A DNA stretch of 64,000 bases from a virus. Lineage: Duplodnaviria > Caudoviricetes. Numbering within the stretch: position 1 is the first letter of the stretch; every line of letters begins with the position of its first letter. The position numbers and the translations under genes were made by a program. Positions 19,216-29,309 of this stretch are shown in pieces. Where the stretch lies: positions 256,001 to 320,000 of the IMG/VR virus record IMGVR_UViG_3300029288_005873; one strand, written 5' to 3'. Under the pieces are notes generated by a model. The model saw only the letters and a list, made by a program, of their open reading frames with translations, ran no database searches and had not been told where the DNA came from.

Positions 19216-21537
19216 TTAGAGGCATTCCGATGCCAAGGTGGCCAATTCAGAACGTTCTCCCTTCTGTAGGGTAATGTGACCCGTTAAGTGGGAATTCTTC
19301 ATCTTTTCAATAACATATGCCAAACCGTTATTTGCAAAATCTAAATAAGCAGAATCGATCTGCTCAATATCTCCAGTAAGCACGATTTTACTACCCTCAC
19401 CCAAACGTGTAATGATAGTTTTTGCCTCATGTGGGGATAAATTCTGGGCTTCATCGAGTATCATGAATTGATTTGGTATGGAACGACCTCGGATATATGT
19501 CAAAGGTTCAACTTGTATAATTCCTTGACGTTTATACGTCTCAAGCATCTCCATATCCTTAGCAAATAGGAGTTCAAGACTATCATTTAAAGCAGCCATC
19601 CATGGGGCCATCTTTTCTTCAACAGAGCCTGGAAGAAAACCTATATCTCGCCCAAGTGGCTGAACTGGACGAGAAAGTAAGGCTCGCTGAAAACTTTCTT
19701 TTTCAATCGTTTGATGAAGCGCAGCAGCAGTTGCCAATAATGTATTATGCGTCACAATAAAGTTATTTGTTATATATAAATGATCAGGATGATCAACCAT
19801 AATACATTGCGTATCTTTTTCGCCAACCAACTCTATTCTATCAATATATCGTATTGGTTTATATTTGATTCTAGGAATCCATTTTTCTGCCTTATATAAT
19901 AATTTAAAAGGATTAATATTGATTGCTAAATGTAAACGAAAAGCTTTTTTACCGTTACGTTTTTCTCCTTTATATATATATTTAGGAATACAAGAAGTTA
20001 CTTTAACAGTACCGCCTAAAGATTCTACTAGAAACCTAACATCATCACACAATTGCGGAGATGATGTATTAAAAATAGAACTACTTGATTTAAGCATATA
20101 AGCTTCGCCGTCCGTATCCATTAGACCGCGAAGTATAGCTAGTCTTGTTTCAATAGAGGCAAATTTATATTCATAGGGAATAAATTTATCAGAAGAGCAT
20201 TTGCCCCAAAGACCCAAATCGATTAGAGATTTTTTAAGCTGATTTTTTGTATGAGAATTGGGAGAAATTATATAGTAATCACAATTTGCTCCAGACTTTT
20301 TATGTAGTGTATAACCGCCGCATCGTAAAGCATTAATTAATTCATCAGATATACTAGAAAATACAGGAGTTTGCCCTCGAAAACAACCATCTCCCAATAA
20401 AAGACCTAAAATATAAGGATTTATTGGCAGTGTTTTTTCAGAAAATTCAAAAGGTTTGACTATTGGTATTGAATGATTTCTCTTTAATATTTTACCATAT
20501 CGCAGTGTATCTCTAATCTCTGCCAATGATTTTACAGAACCAGGTCTGCCTTGATCACGGTCTTTCTGAGTCTTTGTATGCCATAGATGATCCTCACAAC
20601 ATTCTGTAGATGTACCATCAGAAAAAAATACCCGAAAAACTTTTTTTATTCCTTGTGGAAAAATACCTGAAATTTTGGCACAATGTCCATCAGGGACAAC
20701 AATTTCATCTCCAATTTTCAAAGTTCCAAATTTACGAAAACCTTCAGGAGTTAGAATTTCAGCATCCAATGGTTGTGCTTTTCCTGATCCCGCGCGACCT
20801 ATAAGTGTTACAAGTTTAATAGCAGGGTCAAGAAGAAGACTTAAAGCCATTTTTTGTTCAAGATTTCTAGGATTTATACCCCAAATACCATTTGGGGGAT
20901 TTGTAACACGCAATCTTCCATCTTTGGTTACTTGACCTAGTCCGCTATGTCCTTCACGCTCTGAAGATTGTAACAGTACAAATTCATTAGGATATTTACC
21001 AGAAGTGTCAAAGTCAATAATACGACGAGCATAAAGATCATCTATAACAGATGATGGCACAGATACTATATCTAGTCCAGAATATATAGAGGAAGGTGCT
21101 TTAGCCACCTTATCATGCTCATAATCCTGTGCGGCTATTCCAAAAGCGTCACATTTCACACGTAAATTGATATCCTTGGTCACAACTATAATTGGGATAT
21201 CAGGATTTTCAGATGTCAATCCTATAGCCATGCGAAGTAGGCGATTGTCTATACTATCAGCTAAATGCGCCGTTTCTATCATATGCCCAGATTCCACCCT
21301 AACAACGGACCCAGATTGTAGGCATACACCTGTATTTAATGAACCCTGGGCTCTCAAGTTGTCGAGACGGCGTATTAACGCCCTAGCATTACGCCCAACC
21401 TCATCTGGGCGAGTTTTTGCCTTATCCAGCTCATCTAGAACAGGCATTGGTATGATGATTTCATTGTCAGCAAAGGCTTCGAGACAATTCGGATCGTTCA
21501 GGAACACATTGGTGTCAACCAAGAACCGTTTCGTCAA
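19216..21537 (-). CDS. phoH: PIN-PhoH (PhoH2-like) protein interrupted by an intein
   Basis: FLVDTNV PIN domain, TKDINLR, GRAGSGK|T, IGFLPG, YIRGRSI, LDEAQN, TGDIEQID; TTG start after AAGGAGG. Confidence 0.9.
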   Translation of the reverse strand: MTKRFLVDTNVFLNDPNCLEAFADNEIIIPMPVLDELDKAKTRPDEVGRNARALIRRLDNLRAQGSLNTGVCLQSGSVVRVESGHMIETAHLADSIDNRLLRMAIGLTSENPDIPIIVVTKDINLRVKCDAFGIAAQDYEHDKVAKAPSSIYSGLDIVSVPSSVIDDLYARRIIDFDTSGKYPNEFVLLQSSEREGHSGLGQVTKDGRLRVTNPPNGIWGINPRNLEQKMALSLLLDPAIKLVTLIGRAGSGKAQPLDAEILTPEGFRKFGTLKIGDEIVVPDGHCAKISGIFPQGIKKVFRVFFSDGTSTECCEDHLWHTKTQKDRDQGRPGSVKSLAEIRDTLRYGKILKRNHSIPIVKPFEFSEKTLPINPYILGLLLGDGCFRGQTPVFSSISDELINALRCGGYTLHKKSGANCDYYIISPNSHTKNQLKKSLIDLGLWGKCSSDKFIPYEYKFASIETRLAILRGLMDTDGEAYMLKSSSSIFNTSSPQLCDDVRFLVESLGGTVKVTSCIPKYIYKGEKRNGKKAFRLHLAININPFKLLYKAEKWIPRIKYKPIRYIDRIELVGEKDTQCIMVDHPDHLYITNNFIVTHNTLLATAAALHQTIEKESFQRALLSRPVQPLGRDIGFLPGSVEEKMAPWMAALNDSLELLFAKDMEMLETYKRQGIIQVEPLTYIRGRSIPNQFMILDEAQNLSPHEAKTIITRLGEGSKIVLTGDIEQIDSAYLDFANNGLAYVIEKMKNSHLTGHITLQKGERSELATLASECL
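19744..20778 (-). mobile_element. Intein (345 aa, Ala1, class 3-type) with LAGLIDADG homing endonuclease
   Basis: AQPLDAEILTP...IVTHN inserted before the Walker A Thr; LGLLLGDG and LRGLMDTDG motifs; HLW / QCI / THN. Confidence 0.9.
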
Positions 21538-21574
21538 TGGGTAATTCCTCCTTGGAAAAAGCTTCCTACAACGC

Positions 21575-21592
21575 AATGCTCCGATATTGATA
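21575..21592 (-). promoter_or_regulatory. putative phage promoter TATCAATA-N5-GCATT
   Basis: Full motif upstream of the phoH SD. Confidence 0.6.
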
Positions 21593-21604
21593 GGTTTTCT
21601 GTTT

Positions 21605-22063
21605 TTACCTTCCACGTCTAGAACGACGGAGATCACAACGCTGCTTTATCTCCATTACTTCATGATATTCTTTTACTGTTAAGGGGGTTGGCAAGATTGC
21701 TACTCCTCCTGCGCGACCACGGAGTTGTTCACGAGCATGTTGCTGAAGTCCTCCGAGTTTGGATAGATCGTCGTCGCCCGTCACACGTACAGCTACACAT
21801 TGTTTTCCAAGATCATCAATACTTCCAAGTACATCAAACTTCATAGCATATGATGTAACTAAAAAGCTGGTTTCGGGAAGCATATCAATCACAGTGGCTG
21901 TATCCAATTTGTCATTAACATCAATCAACTCATCCTCATCAGCAGGATGTTCATCACTTCCCACCCTCACAAGAACGATTTTACCTGCCCAATCCTTAGA
22001 AAGTATTTGTTCAATTGCTACGGGTATCAATTCGCCCTTGCGATTCTTCATAAAAAAGGACAT
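21605..22063 (-). CDS. hypothetical protein
   Basis: Start MSFFMK after SD GAGGAG. Confidence 0.6.
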   Translation of the reverse strand: MSFFMKNRKGELIPVAIEQILSKDWAGKIVLVRVGSDEHPADEDELIDVNDKLDTATVIDMLPETSFLVTSYAMKFDVLGSIDDLGKQCVAVRVTGDDDLSKLGGLQQHAREQLRGRAGGVAILPTPLTVKEYHEVMEIKQRCDLRRSRRGR

Positions 22064-22065
22064 CG

Positions 22066-22440
22066 TTACTCCTCTCCCATTTGGAATGGAAGTGCCCATT
22101 CGTTTAGAGTTATCATATAGAAATCCTTTGGCTTTTCCCTCATCCTTACTAATTTTGGCGGAAGCCACTGGGCAACTAACCGCCTTCCTGACTCTACTGG
22201 CACTTCCCCATCAGGGGTTTGTACAACTGCTGTCTCAAACCTAGCTATGTCGATTGATCCATCAAAATGACTCACTACGTCAAGACCAAGTTGAGTCAGA
22301 TGTCGCTTAGTTCCAAGAGTGTTATTTGAAATGATATTTTCATCCGCCCCAAACGCTATGAGAACACGTTGAAGCCAAGCTCGCTTTTCTTCATCCACTA
22401 TCTTCGTTTCATCTCCTACACTAGCCAAAATTGTAGTCAT
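22066..22440 (-). CDS. hypothetical protein
   Basis: 124-aa ORF, coupled. Confidence 0.6.
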   Translation of the reverse strand: MTTILASVGDETKIVDEEKRAWLQRVLIAFGADENIISNNTLGTKRHLTQLGLDVVSHFDGSIDIARFETAVVQTPDGEVPVESGRRLVAQWLPPKLVRMREKPKDFYMITLNEWALPFQMGEE

Positions 22441-22442
22441 TA

Positions 22443-22919
22443 TTATTCCCGCTTAACATATGAATCGATACAGCAAGTTGGTTCACCATAATAGACAATG
22501 TGCTTACCTCCGTTTTTGTCGACAATTGAATACCACGGTCTACCGTCATTTTTAGCCCACACCCACTCTTTTATAAAACGTGCGCCGCATGCTTCACAAG
22601 AACACTCCTCAGTCCAATGATTTGGATCCAAACCTCTAATCCAACCAAGAAGAGTTGTCATTTTTCCATGAGTGCGGAAAGGTCCAGCACAGCCATTGGG
22701 GCAAACATATGGTGCTCCTGGAACGACAGGCTCACCATATTCGCGGTATAAACGCATCCTTTCTGTCCTCTCTTCCAGTACGCGCTGTCTCTCATCCTCA
22801 GGTAAGAAAAAGATGGGATTAATAATACTGAGACCTACCTCTTCATTTGTTGTCCAGCCGATTTTCGGCTTCTCACCCGATTCATCACGAATAATATCTA
22901 CATCAGTATTCTTTGGCAT
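22443..22919 (-). CDS. hypothetical Cys-rich protein
   Basis: CPNGC...CEAC. Confidence 0.55.
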   Translation of the reverse strand: MPKNTDVDIIRDESGEKPKIGWTTNEEVGLSIINPIFFLPEDERQRVLEERTERMRLYREYGEPVVPGAPYVCPNGCAGPFRTHGKMTTLLGWIRGLDPNHWTEECSCEACGARFIKEWVWAKNDGRPWYSIVDKNGGKHIVYYGEPTCCIDSYVKRE

Positions 22920-23176
22920 TTCCCACCTTCTTTTGGTCTAATAATCGCCAATAAGAATTCGCCCTCTTCCCTAACTAGGTCGAATGCTTTTGCGGTCACA
23001 ATAAGATGTTCAACAGCATATCCTACACGCACTCCCAAACATGGTTCAAACATGTCCCGAAGTTTTTGCCTCACCAATACTTTAAGGGCTTTTGGCGGAT
23101 CTACTTTTTCACTATTGATACAAATTTGTGCAAGTAGTTCTATCATTGGTATGCTTACATCTATCATTTTATCCAC
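22898..23176 (-). CDS. hypothetical protein
   Basis: 92-aa ORF. Confidence 0.5.
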   Translation of the reverse strand: MDKMIDVSIPMIELLAQICINSEKVDPPKALKVLVRQKLRDMFEPCLGVRVGYAVEHLIVTAKAFDLVREEGEFLLAIIRPKEGGKCQRILM

Positions 23177-25499
23177 ATCCCGACCATCCGCAATCTAAAC
23201 AATGCATACAACCCTCTTCCATGCGGACGTTGGAGCTGCCACAAGCAGGATTTTTACATACGGCACTCTTGATTGCCAAACTTTTACCAAGGATTTTGTG
23301 TAACTCAGCAGCCAAAGTCCCAATTGTTCCATGCTCTCCAAGGATTTCGACCGCCTCAGCAAAATAACCTGTCCGCATAGCAAGAGAAAGAAAGCGCGTT
23401 ACCTTGTTGAGTTGCGTACTACTACGGTCAAGGTATTTCTGGATACGAGTTTCATCCACATCCTTTTCACGCAATAGACGTACCAGGTCATTACCTAATT
23501 TGGCAAAACGGTCATTTTCGCCGGTCTTGTAGTTTATAAGAAATACTTGATAAGGCTTTCTGAGATCACCATTTTCATACGAAACCGGTATGTAAAATTT
23601 ATCACCAGCTTCAGCTCTAGCTTCATATACTATAGTGTCTACCGGAAACGCCTTCTTTGAGAAGTCCTCTGTAACTAAAATTCCCTTGCGTGAACCTTCA
23701 CGGTAAACCGTCACACCCTTGAGTCCAGATTTCCAAGCTTCAAGATAGATATCACCCACAGTATTGACATCAGTATCTTTTGGCAAATTTATAGTACTAG
23801 ATATAGAGGCATCGGTATGCTTTTGTATAGTAGCTTGCATAGCAATTCGGAAATGATAATCTATTTCATGAGCGGTTACCCAAACAGATGGGTCTTCCTC
23901 TTCTTTGCCAGTAGCTGCCATAAAGCGAGAGAGTCCATGATGATGTATGGAAAACTCCTTGCTTTCCGTTCCAAGTTCTACAAAACGCCTATAACGCAAA
24001 TCGAAAATGGGTTCAATTCCACTAGAACACTGGGCAATTATACTAAGACTGCCAGAAGGGGCAACGGTTGAAATTGCTACGTTTCTCTGACCGCTCTTCC
24101 TCCCCATCTGTTTAATATTTTCGGGCAGAGTTTCACAAAAACCGCGTTCATAATGTCGTTCTGGATCGCAAAGTGGAAAGGCTCCGCGTTCAACTGCCAA
24201 ATCTATCGAAGCACAATATTCGCTGTCTCTTTTGGCAGACATTATACTATCCACTAAAGATAGTGCTTCATTAGAATCGTATCGTATGCCTAAAGACGCC
24301 AACATATCAGCTAAACCTGTAATACCTAAACCAATTCTTCTACCAAGTTTAGATGCTTCTTTTTGTTCAGCAAGAGCATGTTTGTCTAAATTTAACTCTA
24401 CAACATTATCCAAATGCCTTACTGCTCGTCGCGTCATTTGTCTAAAAAGGCACATATCAAAACGAGCCCGTGGAGTAAATGGATCAACCACAAAAGTGTG
24501 AAGAAGTAAAGAACCGAGTACACAACTTCCACCGCCCTCTAATACCTGTTCTCCACATGGATTGGTCGAATTTACACATAGTCTTGGATATGTATCTGAA
24601 GGAGACATATTAACCATTCTGTCCCAAAACATTAAACCGGGTTCAGCAGAATCGCGAGCACTTTGAATAATTCTTTGCCACAGATCCCTTGCGCGCACTT
24701 CACGCCTAATTGTCTCATGTTTTGTTACAAATAATTGCTCAAACATGGTATCGTTTACTACAGCTTCCATGAAAGAATCAGAAAGTTTTAGGCTAATATT
24801 TGCATACTTCACTTTTTCAGTATCACCATGTTTGACTTCAATAAAATCCAAAGCGTCGGGATGAGAAATTGGAAGCGTTATCATAAGAGCGCCACGGCGA
24901 CCAGCTTGACCAATTAAGCCCGTTGTCAAGGAGAACAAATCCATGAAGCTAACAGAACCAGTCGACTGACGAGCACTATTTGAGACCAAGGCATTACACG
25001 GACGTAATGGACCGATACATACTCCGATACCGCCACCGTATGAAAAAGTCTTAGCTAGCCTTTGGGCAGCGCCATAAATTCCCTCTATGCTATCTTCCTC
25101 AATTTTGGTAACATAACAATTCGAGAGTGTTGCATTTTTCATAAATGAATTGCCCAAGGCAAACATCTGGCGTCCCGCTGGCAAAAAGTAGTTGTACAAT
25201 TCCCGAAAATAGGAAGCTGGCGCTTTATTTCCTGACCACTCAGCTACAGTTTCACATTCAGAAATTGTGTTCGCCCAACGATCCTTGGCTTCATCAAGTG
25301 TGGTTTCCATGATAAAATTTTGGGCATTACGTAATGCATATTTTTTCAAAAAGATTGAGGCGGCAAATTCATCCCCGTTAAACGAGGTAAGAGCTTGACG
25401 AATCCTGGTTTTATTGAGACCAAGCCCAGTAAGTTCTTCGTCAGCCAGCATTCTTTTTGTTGTGGATTCGATATCGTCCACTAGGTAGATCATCTTCAT
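23169..25499 (-). CDS. nrdJ: class II (adenosylcobalamin-dependent) ribonucleotide reductase
   Basis: SNCYV, GRRGALM, AEPG, TNPCGEQ, GRRIGLG, VAPSGS, KGVTVYREGSR, C-terminal Zn ribbon; no small subunit gene. Confidence 0.9.
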   Translation of the reverse strand: MKMIYLVDDIESTTKRMLADEELTGLGLNKTRIRQALTSFNGDEFAASIFLKKYALRNAQNFIMETTLDEAKDRWANTISECETVAEWSGNKAPASYFRELYNYFLPAGRQMFALGNSFMKNATLSNCYVTKIEEDSIEGIYGAAQRLAKTFSYGGGIGVCIGPLRPCNALVSNSARQSTGSVSFMDLFSLTTGLIGQAGRRGALMITLPISHPDALDFIEVKHGDTEKVKYANISLKLSDSFMEAVVNDTMFEQLFVTKHETIRREVRARDLWQRIIQSARDSAEPGLMFWDRMVNMSPSDTYPRLCVNSTNPCGEQVLEGGGSCVLGSLLLHTFVVDPFTPRARFDMCLFRQMTRRAVRHLDNVVELNLDKHALAEQKEASKLGRRIGLGITGLADMLASLGIRYDSNEALSLVDSIMSAKRDSEYCASIDLAVERGAFPLCDPERHYERGFCETLPENIKQMGRKSGQRNVAISTVAPSGSLSIIAQCSSGIEPIFDLRYRRFVELGTESKEFSIHHHGLSRFMAATGKEEEDPSVWVTAHEIDYHFRIAMQATIQKHTDASISSTINLPKDTDVNTVGDIYLEAWKSGLKGVTVYREGSRKGILVTEDFSKKAFPVDTIVYEARAEAGDKFYIPVSYENGDLRKPYQVFLINYKTGENDRFAKLGNDLVRLLREKDVDETRIQKYLDRSSTQLNKVTRFLSLAMRTGYFAEAVEILGEHGTIGTLAAELHKILGKSLAIKSAVCKNPACGSSNVRMEEGCMHCLDCGWSGCG

Positions 25500-25514
25500 G
25501 GCGCCGCCGCCCTC

Positions 25515-26123
25515 CTATTCGCAGAATTGTTGCTTAAGGCTTCGATTCTCCTTCAGCCTCCTAAGTGCATTTGCTTCGATTTGTTGAACGCGCTGTCTTG
25601 ATATACCAAGTGTATTTCCTATTTGCTGGAAAGTACAAGGCTCTTGACCGTCAAAACCAAACCGCATTTCCAATACCCGTCTATCATTATCGGAAAGATA
25701 ACTAAGGGCTTCTTTAATTGTTTTCCTATCTTCGTCAGTTTCAACAGTATCTTGTGTCTCCTGGGTACATTCAAAAAATGACGAATCACCTGAGGGGACT
25801 TCGTGTATACGTATTTGCCGCATAATTAATCTACGCACTCTGGTCCGTATATGCCAATTAGCAAACATAAAGAAGTTCCTACCACGTTCTGGTCTAAAAT
25901 CCTCTATAGCTTTGACTATACCTAGGCGCCCCTCTTGAAGTAGATCATCATATATTGGGGAGCCCTTATGTGATTTAATCCTTGATTGAACAAGAAATGT
26001 TAACCTAGATACAAGCTTGTTCTCCAATTTTTTTCTACTTTTTACATCAGTGGTATTCTTCAACCTATCTATGATAGGAATTATCTCTTCATTTCCAACT
26101 ATATAGTGGCGCTCACTCTCCAT
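25515..26123 (-). CDS. sigma-70 family RNA polymerase sigma factor (regions 2 and 4)
   Basis: DLLQEGRLGIVKAIEDF; LEMRFG...TFQQIGNTLGISRQRVQQIEANALRRL. Confidence 0.88.
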   Translation of the reverse strand: MESERHYIVGNEEIIPIIDRLKNTTDVKSRKKLENKLVSRLTFLVQSRIKSHKGSPIYDDLLQEGRLGIVKAIEDFRPERGRNFFMFANWHIRTRVRRLIMRQIRIHEVPSGDSSFFECTQETQDTVETDEDRKTIKEALSYLSDNDRRVLEMRFGFDGQEPCTFQQIGNTLGISRQRVQQIEANALRRLKENRSLKQQFCE

Positions 26124-26685
26124 CTTTTCCCTCCAAACTTTCCACCCTCAAGTGGGGAGGAGTCCAACCAATATCCAAATCCTCTCTGAAGATTGGACGA
26201 AGTCCATCTAAAGCATTTAGAACAAACTTGGATTTGGATAAAGCATATTTCATCGTTTCAAAAGTGCCGCCGCGCCTGCGTCCTACCCAAAAAGCCACTA
26301 CGAAATCCGATTCATCTACCATAAGACGATCGCGTTCATGATACTTTACCACATTATATAACCCCGTTGAGTCCACAATTGTTATTCCGGTGGCGGCTCG
26401 CATTTGTCTATCAAGTTCATGACGTTGATCTTTGGTCCAAAACTTTGCTTGGATCTGTGGAAGAAATGGTAGATAGAGCTTGAACTTAACACCATGCTCA
26501 ATAGCGGCAGATCCCATCCATTGATCAGCACCAATGGCTCCACCAAGATTGAGTGATAGTTCCTCGCCATATTCCCTTTTCAAAACACAAGCCACATCGC
26601 CCGCCTTAACAATAACATCGTCAATTTTGTAGTGGGACACAAGGAAAGGATCAGGTCTATGCCCTGTGATACAGACTCTAACCAT
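26113..26685 (-). CDS. SLOG superfamily protein (YspA/DUF1273-like)
   Basis: CITGHRP, GGAIGADQW, RDRLMVDESD, GGTFETMKYA. Confidence 0.8.
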   Translation of the reverse strand: MVRVCITGHRPDPFLVSHYKIDDVIVKAGDVACVLKREYGEELSLNLGGAIGADQWMGSAAIEHGVKFKLYLPFLPQIQAKFWTKDQRHELDRQMRAATGITIVDSTGLYNVVKYHERDRLMVDESDFVVAFWVGRRRGGTFETMKYALSKSKFVLNALDGLRPIFREDLDIGWTPPHLRVESLEGKDGE

Positions 26686-28120
26686 TTTTCACCTCATCAT
26701 TATCAAGAAGCCCAAAATCTTCCCCAAGGAATCGCCAAGAAGGGCCCGCTTCATCAAAAAGTAGAACTATGTTGCGTCCCTCATCATTCTTCATATAAAG
26801 CTCTACAGGAGCTGCCCAAAGTTCCCAAACATACTCCAACATATGTTGAGCATATTTTAAGTTTAGCGTTCCAAGTTCCTCAGTATCATGCCTTAGACAT
26901 ATTCTTTCTGAACTTGCATCAGTTACGACAATTTTAGGAGCCCAGTTATTATATCTAGGACGAACCAGCGCTTCTACAACGTCCTCAAGCATGCGACTTT
27001 TTATCTCGTATAGTGTTTCACCATCTTCATGACCAAAATATTCATTCTCTTGCCCAAACGTGAAGAGCTTCAATTCTTGTGCCATGTCGGCTGTTAAATA
27101 ATTCCTCAGAAAAGATATGTCGTCCTCATCTCGCATGACCTCGAATATCTTCTGCCGTCCGGTTATATTCGATTCGCCTTCATTATACTTTTTATCCCAC
27201 CTGATCTCTATATCCTTGAATATTTTATATCCCAAATAGTACGGATTTATATCAAGTGGATTACCAGGTTGTACTACGCGTTCATGTGTTCGAGCAAAAT
27301 CTATTGTCTCTTCAGGAGTCATACCAGAATATTGGTGTAATAATTCCGCATGCCAAAAAACTGCCCAGCCTTCGTTCATAATCTTTGTCATGCGTTGAGG
27401 ATAGAAGTAGAAAGCTTCTTCCCTTATCATGTCAAGAATATCACGCTCCCAATCCTCCAAAGGAGCATAGTTTATGAAAAACCATAGAAGGTCTTTTTCT
27501 GGATATGGTGGAAGTGTAGCGTTAACAACCTCTCGAATATGAGAGGGCTTTTCCCTCCGATTTGGATTCAGGTCATCGAACTCACCGACATCCAAAATTC
27601 GCTCTTCTACATGACGTTTTGGATATTTGCGTCTATAAAGACCCTTATGAATATCTATATGATCATCCATAGAAAAACCAATATCCATTATACATTCAAC
27701 GGCATCTAGTCCATATTGCTCTATATATTGATCTATCCTATTAGCATGCTCAGCAGCATGTTTTGCCATATTCCTATCACTGTCTTTGAACATGACATTT
27801 GTCTTGAAGAAGCTAGAGTGACCAAAACAATGAGCAACAATCAAAAGATTTTGTGTTTCTGTATTGCTATCCAGAACAAAAGCATATGATGGGTCATTAT
27901 TGGTGATCATTTCGAACACTTTTGAGAACCCCATCTCGCCATATATTCTTTGGTGCTCATAGGAACGACCATAACTCCAATGACGAGCTCTTGTGGGAAG
28001 ACCATAAGCACACACGTTATTCATGGTCTTCCCACTCACCATCTCAAAGACGACTGGAAAAAAGTCCAAGCCGTTCTTATGAGCTAGAGCTTCAATATCG
28101 GCAATCCGCGCATCCATCAT
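26678..28120 (-). CDS. spoVR: SpoVR family protein
   Basis: YGLPTRARHWSYG, NNDPSYAF, AHCFGHSSFF, TKIMNEGWA, NPYYLG. Confidence 0.9.
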   Translation of the reverse strand: MMDARIADIEALAHKNGLDFFPVVFEMVSGKTMNNVCAYGLPTRARHWSYGRSYEHQRIYGEMGFSKVFEMITNNDPSYAFVLDSNTETQNLLIVAHCFGHSSFFKTNVMFKDSDRNMAKHAAEHANRIDQYIEQYGLDAVECIMDIGFSMDDHIDIHKGLYRRKYPKRHVEERILDVGEFDDLNPNRREKPSHIREVVNATLPPYPEKDLLWFFINYAPLEDWERDILDMIREEAFYFYPQRMTKIMNEGWAVFWHAELLHQYSGMTPEETIDFARTHERVVQPGNPLDINPYYLGYKIFKDIEIRWDKKYNEGESNITGRQKIFEVMRDEDDISFLRNYLTADMAQELKLFTFGQENEYFGHEDGETLYEIKSRMLEDVVEALVRPRYNNWAPKIVVTDASSERICLRHDTEELGTLNLKYAQHMLEYVWELWAAPVELYMKNDEGRNIVLLFDEAGPSWRFLGEDFGLLDNDEVKNG

Positions 28121-29298
28121 TTTGTTCCTTTTCCATCAACATCAAGGAATTGCCGCAAACACTCATATACGTCTTCACGTCTAGCTATTGCAGCTGTTAT
28201 GAAGCGACGCTCACCCATCAATTCAGCATTTTCCTCGATAGTATCATGAAGAGTTGACCAGGTCGGTGCGCTGGATGAAGCCGTCCATTTGTAGAAATGC
28301 TCGGAATATTTCACTTCTCCGTAGCCGACCGCCTGGCACATTCCTAGAAGTTCCTTGAATAATTCTAAACAACGACGATTGTCGTCCGAATCCCAATTAT
28401 CTCCATCAGAAAAGGAAAAAACATAATTATTCCATATCGATGTTGGAAATCTGTTTTCAATTATAGTCTTAGCAAGTTCAAGACCAGAACTGATTTTTGT
28501 TCCCCCACCATCGGAAATAGAAAAAAAGTTTTTCTCTTCTACCTCATGCGCTTCGACATCAAAAGCTATGAATACCACCCTTACATTCCTATATTTTAGC
28601 CTGAGGAAGCTAACAAGCCAAAAAAAGAATGATTTGACGATATATTTCTTTTCGTCTGTCATACTACCAGAACGATCCATTATCAGGGTAACCGAAGCAT
28701 TTGAATGTTTCTCAGTAGTATTCTCCCAAACTTTATACCTAACATCATTTGGGACAATTTTACCAAATCTGGGCTTTCCTGCTGCCGAATTTCGGCGAAG
28801 ATTCTCTATAAGCGTCCTTCTTATGTCTACATTCGGAGGCAAACCGCTTTCTGATATATCATGGAAAACCATCTCTTCTGTCTCTATCTCCACTTGATTT
28901 TCTTTACTTTCCAACCAAGGAAGACCAAGATCTTCAAGCATCATATCCACTACTTCGGAAAGCTCTACCTCTTCATCATAGACTTCTTCGCCAGGTTGAT
29001 CACCAGCTTTATTACCTTTTCCTGATCCTTTATCTGTCGCTATTATATCACCTGGATCTCCTTCACCGTGTCCAACCCACCTTTCTTTGGGATTTTTCCC
29101 AAACTTAAAACGCCAAGTATCCAGATACCGCACAGGAATTTTAACTTTGCGTTTTCCATCCGAAGAGATGATATTTTCCTCAGCAATCAATTCGCGTAGG
29201 TTTTCTTTGATAGCTTTCCTAACACGCTCCTTATGGCGCAGGGAATCGCGCCTTCCAGGCTGTCTCAATTCCCAAATATCCTTAAAAGAGTCGTTCAT
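28117..29298 (-). CDS. yeaH: YeaH/YhbH (DUF444) vWA-domain protein
   Basis: RHKERVR, AGDQPGE, MIDAS DRSGSM, GGTKISS, FSDGDNW. Confidence 0.88.
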   Translation of the reverse strand: MNDSFKDIWELRQPGRRDSLRHKERVRKAIKENLRELIAEENIISSDGKRKVKIPVRYLDTWRFKFGKNPKERWVGHGEGDPGDIIATDKGSGKGNKAGDQPGEEVYDEEVELSEVVDMMLEDLGLPWLESKENQVEIETEEMVFHDISESGLPPNVDIRRTLIENLRRNSAAGKPRFGKIVPNDVRYKVWENTTEKHSNASVTLIMDRSGSMTDEKKYIVKSFFFWLVSFLRLKYRNVRVVFIAFDVEAHEVEEKNFFSISDGGGTKISSGLELAKTIIENRFPTSIWNNYVFSFSDGDNWDSDDNRRCLELFKELLGMCQAVGYGEVKYSEHFYKWTASSSAPTWSTLHDTIEENAELMGERRFITAAIARREDVYECLRQFLDVDGKGTK

Positions 29299-29309
29299 TT
29301 CCTCTCCAA

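Noticed and set aside
23169-25499. Intein or intron in nrdJ (dnaB and the SF2 helicase were also checked)
   Set aside because: Motifs are contiguous and lengths normal; no splice-junction signatures.
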